Origin: a virus
Direction: 5' to 3' (one strand)
DNA: 64,000 bases
IMG/VR virus record: IMGVR_UViG_3300034198_006385
Location: 1-64,000 of that record
Under the pieces are notes generated by a model that worked only from the letters and a program-made list of their open reading frames with translations, searched no databases and was not told where the DNA came from. Shown here in pieces: positions 40,234 through 50,528 of the stretch; within the stretch, counting starts at the first letter, position 1; each line of letters begins with the position of its first letter. The position numbers and the translations under genes are program-made.

Positions 40234-40693
40234 TGATAATAATATACAAAATATATTAAATGTTTATGGTATTAAAAAAAATATTCGTTTTCCTGATGAT
40301 AAGGAAATGAATAACGTTTATTGCTATGAATTTTTAATTCGTTTTTTAATGCCCTTTGATAAATGGCCTGCATTTACATCTGGTGTAATTGATAAAAATG
40401 GAAATATTTTAATTTCTCGTAAAAAAATGAATTTTGTACAAAATAAATCTTTCACAAAATTTGATTTATTAATATTACGTATTAAAAAAATTATAGAAAA
40501 ATCTCCACAAAACTTTTTTATTAAAAATATGTCGGCACAATCTTTTATATCTTCTTTATTAAAAGAATCAGAAGCACCTGTTAATGTTTCAAGTGGTATT
40601 GCTCAAAAAGATAATCCAATGCTTTTTTTGATCCGTAAAACACCATTAATAAAGAAAGATAATAAGGATGGAAGATTTATTAAAAACAGCTAA
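40226..40693 (+). CDS. Conserved T4-like phage protein
   Basis: PF.KW.AF..G.ID.NG, T.F..L...IK..I. Confidence 0.65.
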   Translation: MDNDNNIQNILNVYGIKKNIRFPDDKEMNNVYCYEFLIRFLMPFDKWPAFTSGVIDKNGNILISRKKMNFVQNKSFTKFDLLILRIKKIIEKSPQNFFIKNMSAQSFISSLLKESEAPVNVSSGIAQKDNPMLFLIRKTPLIKKDNKDGRFIKNS

Positions 40694-41174
40694 AGAAATA
40701 CTATCCACTGTTGCCCCCACTGTAGCTACTGCTTTAGGTGGGCCATTAGGAGGTGTTGCTGTAAAATCATTAATTAATATATTAGGACTTGATCCTGCTA
40801 CTCCAGAAAAAGAAGTATTAGAAAAAGTTACTAATGCTGATCCAGAAATGCTTTTTAAATTTAAACAACTTGAACAAGATTTTGCTCTACAAATGAAAAA
40901 ATTGCAAGTAAATGTTCAAGAATTAAATAATGCTAATCTAGATTCTGCTCGTAATAGAGAAATTCAACTTAAAGATAATACAAATAAATACTTAGCATAT
41001 ATTGTTACTGGTCTATATATTGCAATCCAATTATGGCTAGTGTCTGGCCATATTTTACCACAAGAAATGAGGGAGATTGTAATGAGAGCATTAGGAACAT
41101 TGGATGCTATTATTGCTATGGTATTTGGCTACTATTATGGTTCATCAATAGATAAAACCAAAAATGATAGATAA
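40668..41174 (+). CDS. Holin-like membrane protein (GTA 3TM-type)
   Basis: APTVATALGGPLGG.A, D/N..SAR.R, two C-terminal hydrophobic helices ending YYYGSS. Confidence 0.7.
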   Translation: MEDLLKTAKEILSTVAPTVATALGGPLGGVAVKSLINILGLDPATPEKEVLEKVTNADPEMLFKFKQLEQDFALQMKKLQVNVQELNNANLDSARNREIQLKDNTNKYLAYIVTGLYIAIQLWLVSGHILPQEMREIVMRALGTLDAIIAMVFGYYYGSSIDKTKNDR

Positions 41175-41493
41175 TAATAAAGCGGAATTAAGTCTTGATA
41201 CTAGAATAACAGTATTAGAACATGACTTAAATAAAATAGCAGATGTATTATCTAAATTAGAAACTAGTTTTGAAAAATTAGTAGATATATCTACATCGTT
41301 AAAACATATAATAGCAATACATGAAATGAAATTTGAATATAAAGATAAAGATAATATATTAATTAAAGAAGAATTGACCGAATTAAATAAAAGAGTCGAT
41401 CATTTAGAGCAATTTAGATGGTATGTATATGGTGTATTTGCTATAATAATTTTTTTATCACCAGTAATTTATAAATTTGTGTTCAAAATCTAG
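41164..41493 (+). CDS. Coiled-coil protein with C-terminal transmembrane helix
   Basis: Heptads, IA.HE, R...LE..RW then hydrophobic stretch; precedes primase. Confidence 0.65.
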   Translation: MIDNNKAELSLDTRITVLEHDLNKIADVLSKLETSFEKLVDISTSLKHIIAIHEMKFEYKDKDNILIKEELTELNKRVDHLEQFRWYVYGVFAIIIFLSPVIYKFVFKI

Positions 41494-41522
41494 TTGACAC
41501 GGTAATCATATAGTGGTATACT
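41494..41522 (+). promoter_or_regulatory. Sigma70-like promoter for primase
   Basis: TTGACA-17 nt-TATACT. Confidence 0.8.
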
Positions 41523-41555
41523 CTACTTGTCATAAACAAAAAGAGTATATAATTA

Positions 41556-42602
41556 ATGTCATCTTTATGGTTAGATCGTAAATATATTGATTTATGTTCG
41601 GCAGGATTACGAAACTTTAAATGGAAAAGTTCTATTCTTGCTAATTGTAGTTGCCCATTTTGTGGGGATAGCACAAAAAATAAATTAAAGGCTAGATTTT
41701 ATTTCTTTGAAAAAGAAAATGGATTTAATGGATATTGTCATAATTGTGGCGAAAGCATGGGATTTGACAATTTCTTAAAAAAATTTAATTTATTATTACA
41801 TTCAGAATATGTTCGCGAAAGATTTTTTGAAACGGCGTCCACTGAACATATTGAACAAAAAATAGAAAAAATTAAAATGGATGCAATTCATTTTAATGAT
41901 AAAAGATTAACTAATATTAAAAAAATTTCACAATTAAAAGCAAATCATCCAGCTAAAATTTATGTAAATGAACGACAGATTCCAGAAAAATTTCATTATA
42001 AATTATATTATACACCAAAATTTAAATCTTGGATTAATGAATTATTACCTGGAAAATTTGACGCAGTATATGATGAACCCCGTTTAGTTATTCCTTTTTT
42101 TGATAAAGACAAAAAAATGTATGCTGTGCAAGGTAGAAGTTTTGGTAATATTGAGCCAAAATATTATTCAATTATTTTAAATGATAATTATCCCAAAATT
42201 TATGGATTGGATACAATTGATTATAATAGACGTTATTATATTTTAGAGGGACCAATTGATTCATTGTTTATTCCAAATTCTTTAGGAATGGCGGGATCAG
42301 ATTTTACTTTTGATTTACCAAATATCTATAATAATGCAGTTGTCATATTTGACAATCAACCACGTAATAGTGAAATTATTCGTAAAATGGAAGCATGTTT
42401 GAATAATGGATTGCAAATAGTAATCTGGCCGGATACATTAGAACATAAAGATATTAATGATATGATTAAATCTGGTATGAGTAGTAATGATATTATGTTT
42501 ATTATTAAACAAAATACATTTAAAGATTTAGCCGGGATATTAAAACTTAAAAAATGGAATAAAGTGAAAGGATTTAAAAATGAAAGTAAAAGAATTAATT
42601 GA
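41556..42602 (+). CDS. gp61: DNA primase gp61
   Basis: CP.CGDS..K.KAR, CHNCG, RLVIPF, QGR, EGPIDSLF, FDN.PRN, KD.NDM. Confidence 0.97.
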   Translation: MSSLWLDRKYIDLCSAGLRNFKWKSSILANCSCPFCGDSTKNKLKARFYFFEKENGFNGYCHNCGESMGFDNFLKKFNLLLHSEYVRERFFETASTEHIEQKIEKIKMDAIHFNDKRLTNIKKISQLKANHPAKIYVNERQIPEKFHYKLYYTPKFKSWINELLPGKFDAVYDEPRLVIPFFDKDKKMYAVQGRSFGNIEPKYYSIILNDNYPKIYGLDTIDYNRRYYILEGPIDSLFIPNSLGMAGSDFTFDLPNIYNNAVVIFDNQPRNSEIIRKMEACLNNGLQIVIWPDTLEHKDINDMIKSGMSSNDIMFIIKQNTFKDLAGILKLKKWNKVKGFKNESKRIN

Positions 42603-42792
42603 ATATTTACAATCATTTGATGGTGACATGAATGTAATTTTATCAAGTGATGCTGAAGGTAATTATTTCGATAAAGTTCAGGATGTAAGAATTATGTTAT
42701 ATGATTCTGATGACAGAATGGCATTTAATTTAGAGGATTTTGAAGAAGTTAAAGATGTTGCCTCTGAACAAGCGGTCTGTATTTGGCCTTAA
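42580..42792 (+). CDS. Hypothetical protein
   Basis: MKVKELIE.L..D..V....D.EGN phage small-protein pattern. Confidence 0.6.
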   Translation: MKVKELIEYLQSFDGDMNVILSSDAEGNYFDKVQDVRIMLYDSDDRMAFNLEDFEEVKDVASEQAVCIWP

Positions 42793-43097
42793 TGGAAGGA
42801 AATAAAATGCTTTTTAAAAAAGAAATTCTTAAAGAATTATTGTGGGATGAAGAATATGAGGATGAAAAAGGTGATGAATATAAAACTATTTTAAATGAAA
42901 TTAATGATACTAGTCGTTGGTCAATTCATCATAAACACATCTTTTCATTCAAAGGAAAATATTACATTACTTACTATAGTGTTGGCGCAACTGAACAACA
43001 AGATGAAAGCCCATATGAGTATGATGATGACATGATTGAATGTGATGAAGTTGAACCATATGAAGAAACAATTATTAAGTATAGGGTTAAAAAATAA
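42783..43097 (+). CDS. Hypothetical protein (probable start ATG 42807)
   Basis: SRWS, Y..GATE.Q.E.P; SD GGAAGG upstream of the internal ATG. Confidence 0.6.
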   Translation: MALMEGNKMLFKKEILKELLWDEEYEDEKGDEYKTILNEINDTSRWSIHHKHIFSFKGKYYITYYSVGATEQQDESPYEYDDDMIECDEVEPYEETIIKYRVKK

Positions 43098-43285
43098 TGT
43101 GGAAACCCTGGCAAAGATTTATTATTGGAATTACTGAAGTAATTGATGGATTTTCATCCATTCTTACTTTTGGTTTTTATCATTCAACTCTATCATATTA
43201 TGTAATGTCATTTTTTGTTAATAAAAATGACGATTTTTATATTGATGGTTCAGATATTGAGGTAAAGGAAGAAAATGAAACTTGA
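43097..43285 (+). CDS. Hypothetical protein
   Basis: Overlapping start/stop with neighbours. Confidence 0.5.
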   Translation: MWKPWQRFIIGITEVIDGFSSILTFGFYHSTLSYYVMSFFVNKNDDFYIDGSDIEVKEENET

Positions 43286-43724
43286 TTTTAGTATTCAAAC
43301 AATTCAATTTGAAAAAATGATTGTTGACGGAATTGAAGTATTTCGATTAGGTAGTAATTGTTGGTTTGCCATCTCTAACTCTGGTAGTGAATTTTACGAA
43401 ATTATGGTTTGTGATCATCTAGAAAAAGAATATCAAAGACGCAAAGAAATATTTAATAAAAAATGGATGTATATTCAACCATCTTCGGCTGGTCCCAATT
43501 TTCCAGAATATATTACAATGACTGGTAAAGAAATTTATGATGAATATTGGGATCATTTTTATACTAAAATGATTAAAAAATTTGGTCCAGGGCATGAATA
43601 TATTACATTAGAAGAATGTATCTATTCTTGGGTAGCTGTGCATTGGGCATGGGAAGTAAAAGAAGATGAAAATCCATTTGAATATGATGATCCATTTGAT
43701 TTAGAAAATTTGATCCAAGATTGA
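43275..43724 (+). CDS. Hypothetical protein
   Basis: SD AAGGA; C-terminal C...W..VHWAW. Confidence 0.55.
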   Translation: MKLDFSIQTIQFEKMIVDGIEVFRLGSNCWFAISNSGSEFYEIMVCDHLEKEYQRRKEIFNKKWMYIQPSSAGPNFPEYITMTGKEIYDEYWDHFYTKMIKKFGPGHEYITLEECIYSWVAVHWAWEVKEDENPFEYDDPFDLENLIQD

Positions 43725-43726
43725 TA

Positions 43727-43755
43727 TTGACATATCACTATATCTGGTGTATATT
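43727..43755 (+). promoter_or_regulatory. Sigma70-like promoter for thyX
   Basis: TTGACA-17 nt-TATATT. Confidence 0.7.
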
Positions 43756-43791
43756 AAGGCTAACCAATAACAATAAGAGGTATTTTAAAAT

Positions 43792-45537
43792 ATGAGTATT
43801 GAATCTTACGAAGATTATGTAAGTGTTAAAATAATCGGAATGACTGAATCTTTTATTAAAGATAATGTAACTGGCCAAAAATTGACACCACAAGAATTTG
43901 TGGCCTATTGTGCTAGGGTTAGTAATCCATCAAATCAGATGAATAATGACACATCAGAAAATCTTCTTATGTATTGTATTCGTAATAAACATTGGTCGAT
44001 TTTTGAAATGGTCAATATTGCCTGTGAAATTAAAACAACGCGCGATATTTCCCATCAAGCAATTCGTCACCGAAGCCAAAATTTCCAAGAATTTTGTGTT
44101 TCTGGTGACACAAAAATTAGATTTATATTACCAAGTGTTTTAAAACGGGACGGAAATTCATCTTACACAAAAGAAATTGAACATTTATACAATAATTGGA
44201 TTAAAAATTCCCATACACAAAATGTAATTAAAAATATGCATATTCGAGTATATGATGAAGTAAATAAATGTTTTACTACTTCACATATTTCTAATATATT
44301 TAAAACAGGTGTTAAACCAGTATTTAAAGTTACTTTAACTAACGAAAAAACAATTAAATGCACGAAAGAAGAGAGATTTTTCACAAAAAATGGATTTCTT
44401 CCTTTAGAAGAAATTGTTGGTCTAACTAACAATAAAAATATGTGGTCTATGACTAATAATTGTGAAGTTGCAACCAACGGTATTCCTGTCTATCAATCAT
44501 ACGAATGGTTAAAAGAAGCTAAAGAAGAATCTATTATTAAAGGCTTTGGGGTTCCATATATTGCCGAAAAAGCGGGGGTGTCATATCACACAATTAGAAA
44601 ATGGTTAAAAATTAATAAACTTCAATTTACAAAAAAAGAAGTTGCACAATACACCCAAATTTGGAATAAAGGGAAATTCGGATATTCTCTGCCCAAACAT
44701 AAACAAGAAACTATTGAAAAAATGCGTAAAAGTGCTAAACGCGGTGCCGACTCCAATTTATGGAAAGGCGGTGTTGAGCGGTCAGAACGTTTAAAAATTG
44801 CTGATTGGTGTAATGCAAATAGATCATCATTTTTAATAAAATATAATTATACATGTAATAAATGTAATTCTAATAAAAAATTACATCTTCATCATATAAA
44901 ACCCGTATATTCACACTCAGAATTAGCATATGATTTCGACAATATTGAAGTATTATGTAAAAATTGTCATTATGATGTTCATAATTTAAACGGAGATTAT
45001 AAAATCAATAAATCAAAAAAATCTAAATTAGGTATTGAATGGACAACATTTAAGCATATTGAATATATTGGCGAAGAAATGACTTATGATTTAGAAGTTG
45101 AACACAATTCACATAATTATGTTGCAAATAATATTTTAGTTCATAATTCTCAAAGATATGCCGACCCAACACAACTAGATAGTGGATTTGTTGTCAGAGA
45201 AGCAAGGCTTCAAGATAAAAAAAATCGTCAAAATAGTATTGATGTTGAAGATGATAAATTACAAGAAGAATGGATTTCTCGCCAATTAAAACAAATTGAT
45301 CTTGCAAAAGAAAATTATGATTGGGCAGTTGCAAATGGTATTGCAAAAGAACAAGCAAGAGTTGTGCTTCCTGAAGGATTAACCAAAACAACCTATTACA
45401 TTAATGGAACTTTACGTTCCTTTATTCATTACATTCAAGTTCGCGCTGATCCGTCAACACAAAAGGAACACAGAATTATTGCAAATGCTCTACTACAAAA
45501 TTTGCAACAATATTTCCCATTTTTAAATCGGGTCTAA
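43792..45537 (+). CDS. thyX: Flavin-dependent thymidylate synthase ThyX containing an intein
   Basis: AYCARVSNP, HWS.FEM, RHRS.NFQEF | SQRY, G.AKEQAR.VLP, TQKEH. Confidence 0.95.
   Translation: MSIESYEDYVSVKIIGMTESFIKDNVTGQKLTPQEFVAYCARVSNPSNQMNNDTSENLLMYCIRNKHWSIFEMVNIACEIKTTRDISHQAIRHRSQNFQEFCVSGDTKIRFILPSVLKRDGNSSYTKEIEHLYNNWIKNSHTQNVIKNMHIRVYDEVNKCFTTSHISNIFKTGVKPVFKVTLTNEKTIKCTKEERFFTKNGFLPLEEIVGLTNNKNMWSMTNNCEVATNGIPVYQSYEWLKEAKEESIIKGFGVPYIAEKAGVSYHTIRKWLKINKLQFTKKEVAQYTQIWNKGKFGYSLPKHKQETIEKMRKSAKRGADSNLWKGGVERSERLKIADWCNANRSSFLIKYNYTCNKCNSNKKLHLHHIKPVYSHSELAYDFDNIEVLCKNCHYDVHNLNGDYKINKSKKSKLGIEWTTFKHIEYIGEEMTYDLEVEHNSHNYVANNILVHNSQRYADPTQLDSGFVVREARLQDKKNRQNSIDVEDDKLQEEWISRQLKQIDLAKENYDWAVANGIAKEQARVVLPEGLTKTTYYINGTLRSFIHYIQVRADPSTQKEHRIIANALLQNLQQYFPFLNRV
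44095..45147 (+). mobile_element. Intein (351 aa) with HNH homing endonuclease
   Basis: Starts CVSGDT, ends YDLEV...HNYVANNILVHN with +1 Ser; internal HTH and CxxC...HHI...N...LCxxCH...H. Confidence 0.93.
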
Positions 45538-45585
45538 AACTAAATAAGAAATCCTCGTAAACAAAAAATCATTAAAGGATTAAAA

Positions 45586-47355
45586 ATGGTATCTATAGAT
45601 TTAACAAGGGACTCGTTATTTGATTCCCTTGGGGTAATACGTCTGCGCGAATCTTATATGAAAGATGAAGAACAAAGCCCCCAGGAACGATATGCATATG
45701 TTTCCGAAAAATTTAGTTCCAATCCTGAACATGCTCAAAGATTATATGAATATGCATCAAAACATTGGCTTTCATATTCCACCCCAATTTTATCATTTGG
45801 AAAATCAAAAAAAGGATTACCAATTAGTTGTTTTCTAAGCTATATGCAAGATTCAACTGAAGGATTAGTGGATACTTTATCGGAGACTAATTGGCTTTCA
45901 ATGCTTGGTGGTGGTGTTGGAGTTGGTTTGGGTATTAGGGCTAAAGATGAAAAATCAACAGGTGTGATGCCTCATTTAAGAGTTTATGATGCATCATGTA
46001 GAGCATATCAACAAGGAACAACTAGACGTGGTTCTTATGCTATGTATCTTGATATTTCGCATCCTGATATTGAAATGTTTATTGATATGCGTAAAGCAAC
46101 CGGAGACCAAAATCTTCGCGCACCAAATCTACATCATGGAATTAATGTAACTGATGAATTTATGCAAATTATTGAAAAATGTATGACTATCCCAAATTAT
46201 GATGATACATGGGAATTAATTAATCCTCATAATAAAAAAGTTATGAAAAAAATTTCCGCCAAATATCTATGGCAAAAAATTCTTAATAATAGAATGGAAA
46301 CAGGGGAACCATATCTTCATTTTATTACAACAGCAAATAGAGCACTACCTAAATGGCAAAAAGATAAGGGATTGGAAATTAAACAATCAAATTTATGTTC
46401 AGAAATAGAACTTTCAACAAATAAAGAAAGAACAGCAGTTTGTTGTTTATCATCAGTAAATTTATTATATTATGATATTTGGAAAGATGATCCATTATTT
46501 TTATCTGATATTCTTGAAATGTTAGATAATGTTTTACAATATTTTATTAAAAATGCACCAAATACAATCAAACGTGCAAAATATTCTGCAATGATGGAAA
46601 GGTCTGTTGGTGTTGGTGCATTAGGATGGCATTCTTATCTACAAAAAAATAATATCGCCTTCGAAAGTTTAGAGGCAATTGATGCAAATAATAAAATTTT
46701 TAAACATATTAGAGAACAATTAAATAATGCAAATTTACGTCTTGGTAAAGAAAGAGGAGAGGCGCTGGATGCAATTGGAACTGGATATCGTCTTTCTCAT
46801 GTAATGTCGATTGCCCCAAACGCAACATCTTCAATTATTTGTGGTAATGTTTCCCCATCAATTGAACCTCTTAAAGCTAATATCTACAATCAAAAAACTT
46901 TATCGGGTGTGCATACTACAAGAAATGAACATTTTACAAATCTATTAAAACAAAAATATCCAGAACAAGATATTGATGAAGTTTGGAGAAGTGTATTAGC
47001 TAATGAAGGATCAGTTCAACATTTAGATTTCTTATCAGCACATGATAAAAATGTATTTAAAACTGCATTAGAAATTGACCAAAGATGGATTATTTTACAT
47101 GCATCTACTAGACAAAGATTTATTGATCAAGGACAATCAATCAATTTATTTTTTGAACCAACAACTAATGTTAAATATTTACATGATGTTCATTTCTTAG
47201 CATGGAAATCTGGATGTAAAGCATTATATTATTGCCGAAGTGAAAATGTTGGTAGAACAGATAAAGTAGGTAAACAAATTGAACGACAAATCATTCATGA
47301 AATTCAAGAAATTGGTCTTGAACAATCAGATGAATGTTTAGCATGTAGTGGATAA
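45586..47355 (+). CDS. nrdA: Ribonucleotide reductase class I alpha subunit (compact form)
   Basis: STPILS, LPISCFL, GGGVG, TRRGSYA.Y, SNLCSEI, IAPNA.SSI, DQ.QS.NLF, LYYCRS, ECLAC. Confidence 0.97.
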   Translation: MVSIDLTRDSLFDSLGVIRLRESYMKDEEQSPQERYAYVSEKFSSNPEHAQRLYEYASKHWLSYSTPILSFGKSKKGLPISCFLSYMQDSTEGLVDTLSETNWLSMLGGGVGVGLGIRAKDEKSTGVMPHLRVYDASCRAYQQGTTRRGSYAMYLDISHPDIEMFIDMRKATGDQNLRAPNLHHGINVTDEFMQIIEKCMTIPNYDDTWELINPHNKKVMKKISAKYLWQKILNNRMETGEPYLHFITTANRALPKWQKDKGLEIKQSNLCSEIELSTNKERTAVCCLSSVNLLYYDIWKDDPLFLSDILEMLDNVLQYFIKNAPNTIKRAKYSAMMERSVGVGALGWHSYLQKNNIAFESLEAIDANNKIFKHIREQLNNANLRLGKERGEALDAIGTGYRLSHVMSIAPNATSSIICGNVSPSIEPLKANIYNQKTLSGVHTTRNEHFTNLLKQKYPEQDIDEVWRSVLANEGSVQHLDFLSAHDKNVFKTALEIDQRWIILHASTRQRFIDQGQSINLFFEPTTNVKYLHDVHFLAWKSGCKALYYCRSENVGRTDKVGKQIERQIIHEIQEIGLEQSDECLACSG

Positions 47356-47361
47356 TGAATT

Positions 47362-48336
47362 ATGAGTAATAAAAAATTAAAATTAACAGACAGACGTGAT
47401 TATTTTAAACCATTTTCATATCCGTGGGCATATGATGCGTGGTTAAAATCAGAACAATCTCATTGGCTTCATACAGAAGTTCCAATGGATGGTGATGTAA
47501 ATGATTGGAATCAACGAATTACTGATGGAGAACGATATTTTCTAACTCAGATTTTTCGGTTCTTTACTCAAGGAGATATTGATGTTGCGGATGGTTATAT
47601 TGAAAAATATATGCCTTTCTTCCCACAACCAGAAATTCGCATGATGCTTTCATCATTTGCCGCGCGTGAAGCACTCCATATTGCTGCATACAGTCATCTA
47701 ATTGAAACTGTTGGTATGGCTGAAACCACGTATGAAGAATTTCATAACTACAAAGAAATGCGAGATAAACACGAATATTTTGCCACTTTAGCTAAAAGCG
47801 ATGAAGAATCAATTGCACAACAAATTGCCGCATTTTCGGCATTCACCGAAGGTATGCAATTATTCAGTTCTTTCATCATGCTTTTGAATTTTCCTCGTCA
47901 TGGAAAAATGAATGGAATGGGTCAGATTATTGCATGGTCAATCATTGATGAAACCTTGCATTGTGAAAGTATGATTAAATTATTTCGAACTTTCGTTGAA
48001 GAAAATCGTCATATTTGGAAAGATAAATTAAAAAGTGAAATTTATACTATTGCAACTAAAATGGTTGAATTAGAAGATGCATTTATTGATCTTGCTTTTT
48101 CCCTGGGACCAATGCAAAATCTAACTGCCGATGAAGTAAAACAATATATTAGATATATTTGTGATAGGAGATTAATTGCTCTGGGATTAAAAGGCATTTT
48201 TAAAATAAAAAAGAATCCTTTAATGTGGGTAGAAGAAATTCTAAATGCCCCAGCACACGTTAACTTCTTTGAAAATCGAAGTACCAATTATTCTAAAGGC
48301 GCGATGACAGGAACTTGGGGAGATGTATGGAAATGA
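47362..48336 (+). CDS. nrdB: Ribonucleotide reductase class I beta subunit
   Basis: FFTQGD.DV, EALH..AY, FTEG.QLF.SF, DE..H, NFFE.R.T.Y. Confidence 0.97.
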   Translation: MSNKKLKLTDRRDYFKPFSYPWAYDAWLKSEQSHWLHTEVPMDGDVNDWNQRITDGERYFLTQIFRFFTQGDIDVADGYIEKYMPFFPQPEIRMMLSSFAAREALHIAAYSHLIETVGMAETTYEEFHNYKEMRDKHEYFATLAKSDEESIAQQIAAFSAFTEGMQLFSSFIMLLNFPRHGKMNGMGQIIAWSIIDETLHCESMIKLFRTFVEENRHIWKDKLKSEIYTIATKMVELEDAFIDLAFSLGPMQNLTADEVKQYIRYICDRRLIALGLKGIFKIKKNPLMWVEEILNAPAHVNFFENRSTNYSKGAMTGTWGDVWK

Positions 48337-48923
48337 AATACAAAAATCATTTCACAATAATTAAAGAAATGAATACGCATCATATTTCAATAGAAGATAG
48401 AGATTTATATAATGTAAATGGAAGTAAACCATTTGATCCTATGGATCATGCAATTGATAATCAATTAAATATTAGAAAAATTTCAGAAACCCCAACTGGT
48501 CATCATATCTATCATATTAATGATACAAATCATCCTGAATATCATACGATTTATGCGTGGCATCCAGATGACAAAACATCTCATGTATCAGTAAATGTTA
48601 CTGATATGGATAAAAATAAAGGTAAATTACCAAAAAATATTCATGTAGATATGGTTTCTTCCAAAAAAGGATCATCATTAAAAGCGCATGATTTATATCA
48701 TCATTTAATTACCAATCATGACATGGTTATTACAAGCGGTGAACAAACAATGGGCGGTCTTAAATTATGGAAAAATTTAGCAAAAAATAAAGATGTATCA
48801 ATTCGTGGATTTATACCATCAAATAATGAGTTTACTGGTCCAGTAAATTTAGATACAATGGAACCATTAAATCCTGCTAAATCAAATATGTTATTAATTG
48901 CATCAAAAAGTAATAATGAATAA
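48315..48923 (+). CDS. His-rich protein with GNAT-like C-terminal signature (probable start ATG 48333)
   Basis: LY.HL......ITS..QT.GG..LW..L; function not established. Confidence 0.4.
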   Translation: MGRCMEMKYKNHFTIIKEMNTHHISIEDRDLYNVNGSKPFDPMDHAIDNQLNIRKISETPTGHHIYHINDTNHPEYHTIYAWHPDDKTSHVSVNVTDMDKNKGKLPKNIHVDMVSSKKGSSLKAHDLYHHLITNHDMVITSGEQTMGGLKLWKNLAKNKDVSIRGFIPSNNEFTGPVNLDTMEPLNPAKSNMLLIASKSNNE

Positions 48924-49365
48924 TATGAAAAAGAAATTTATAGAATATTATATGAAGATTGCGGAGGAGACAGCGATGTTATCCTCCGCAAGACGTTTAA
49001 AGGCTGGTTGTGTTGCCGCGAAAAATAATCGCATCATCGCCTACGGTTATAATGGAACTCCTTCTGGATGGGATAATAATTGTGAAATAGAAAAAAATGA
49101 TGGCACTCTGATTACTAAACCAGAAGTTTTACATGCCGAAATGAATTGTTTAATGAAATTATGCCAATCAACAGAATCATCACTTGGCGCAATACTTTTT
49201 ATTACTCATTCACCTTGCATGGAATGTAGCAAGGCTATATACCAGTCAGGTATAACCCATGTAATTTACAAAGACGAATATCGTCTTAATGATGGTTTGA
49301 TATTTCTCAAAAAGGGAAATGTATTAGTAGAAAAATATTATGATATTATTAATGAAAAGGATTAA
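48898..49365 (+). CDS. dCMP deaminase
   Basis: S.A.RLK.G, GYNGTPSGWDN.CE, HAE.N, THSPC..C.K. Confidence 0.93.
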   Translation: MHQKVIMNNMKKKFIEYYMKIAEETAMLSSARRLKAGCVAAKNNRIIAYGYNGTPSGWDNNCEIEKNDGTLITKPEVLHAEMNCLMKLCQSTESSLGAILFITHSPCMECSKAIYQSGITHVIYKDEYRLNDGLIFLKKGNVLVEKYYDIINEKD

Positions 49366-49367
49366 TT

Positions 49368-50357
49368 ATGTTTGATGAAAATGAGATTTCCATTAAAGCA
49401 AATGGCGGAACTGAATTAGCCAAAAGACATTTAGGGCAATTACTTCCCCAAGATTTACAAGATAATTTTCAAATTATTTGTTCGCGAGTAAGAGACTTAC
49501 AAGAAGATAAAATTCGCATCTTCTGGTGCCACGATTTATTTGCTGATCCTGAATGTAAAAAATTAGCAGAACAATCTTTTCGCCAAAAATTTCATAAAAT
49601 TGTATATGTAAGTAATTGGCAATATGATATGTTTAGAAAAGGATTAAATCTTCCTTATACTGAAAAAGATATTGTTATTGAAAATGGAATTGAGCCTATG
49701 CAATATATTCCAAATAAATCTAATGACGTAATTAATTTAGTTTATGCATCTACCCCACAAAGGGGATTAGGTATTTTAGTTCCTGTATTTGAAGCACTAT
49801 ACAATCATAGAAAAGATATTCATCTTCATGTATTTTCTAGTTTTAAAATTTATGGCTGGGATGATGCGGATAAACAATTTAATGAATTATTTGAGCGGTG
49901 TAAAGCCCATCCAGCTATTACATATCACGGCTATCAGGATTACGCTACAGTGAGGCAGCAAGTCAGTCAGAGCCATATTCTGGCCTACCCTAGCATCTGG
50001 GAGGAAACATCCTGTAGAGTGCTTATAGAGGCAATGAGCGCGGGACTATTATGCGTTCATCCTAACTATGGCGCATTACCCGATACATCAGGTGGATTGA
50101 CAATTATGTATCAAGGAGATGAAGATTTAAATCTTCATGCACAAATTTTTGCTAATACTTTAAATCAAGCAATTGATAAAGCAAAAAATATAGATATGGA
50201 AAATTATTCAAATCTTTTAAAGCATTATACTGATATGAGATTTGGTATTAATAAAATTTCTAAACAGTGGGAATTTTTGCTGAATGATTTACTAGATCAA
50301 TATTCTACTATTGAAAGTAGAAAACTTAATAAAACTATTTTAACATTTAAATTTTAA
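49368..50357 (+). CDS. Glycosyltransferase, GT-B/GT4-like
   Basis: GGTE, W.HD, VS.WQ, Y.STP.RGL, YPS.W.ETSC...IEAMSAG. Confidence 0.88.
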   Translation: MFDENEISIKANGGTELAKRHLGQLLPQDLQDNFQIICSRVRDLQEDKIRIFWCHDLFADPECKKLAEQSFRQKFHKIVYVSNWQYDMFRKGLNLPYTEKDIVIENGIEPMQYIPNKSNDVINLVYASTPQRGLGILVPVFEALYNHRKDIHLHVFSSFKIYGWDDADKQFNELFERCKAHPAITYHGYQDYATVRQQVSQSHILAYPSIWEETSCRVLIEAMSAGLLCVHPNYGALPDTSGGLTIMYQGDEDLNLHAQIFANTLNQAIDKAKNIDMENYSNLLKHYTDMRFGINKISKQWEFLLNDLLDQYSTIESRKLNKTILTFKF

Positions 50358-50367
50358 GGAATAAACT

Positions 50368-50526
50368 ATGGCTGAATATGATATTATTTGTCAAAATTGT
50401 GGAGTTGATTGTACAATATTAGTAAATCAACCCGGAATGCTAGGATTCGTTGTTGATTTTTGCCCGATTTGTGGGGAAGAAGTTGAAAATGATAATATGG
50501 ATGAAGAAGAGGATGATGAAGATTAA
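50368..50526 (+). CDS. Small zinc-ribbon protein (52 aa, not in the ORF track)
   Basis: MAEYDIICQNCG...FCPICGE plus acidic tail; SD TAAGGA. Confidence 0.7.
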   Translation: MAEYDIICQNCGVDCTILVNQPGMLGFVVDFCPICGEEVENDNMDEEEDDED

Positions 50527-50528
50527 AT

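Noticed and set aside
45586-48336. Introns or inteins in nrdA/nrdB
   Set aside because: Both frames are continuous with compact lengths
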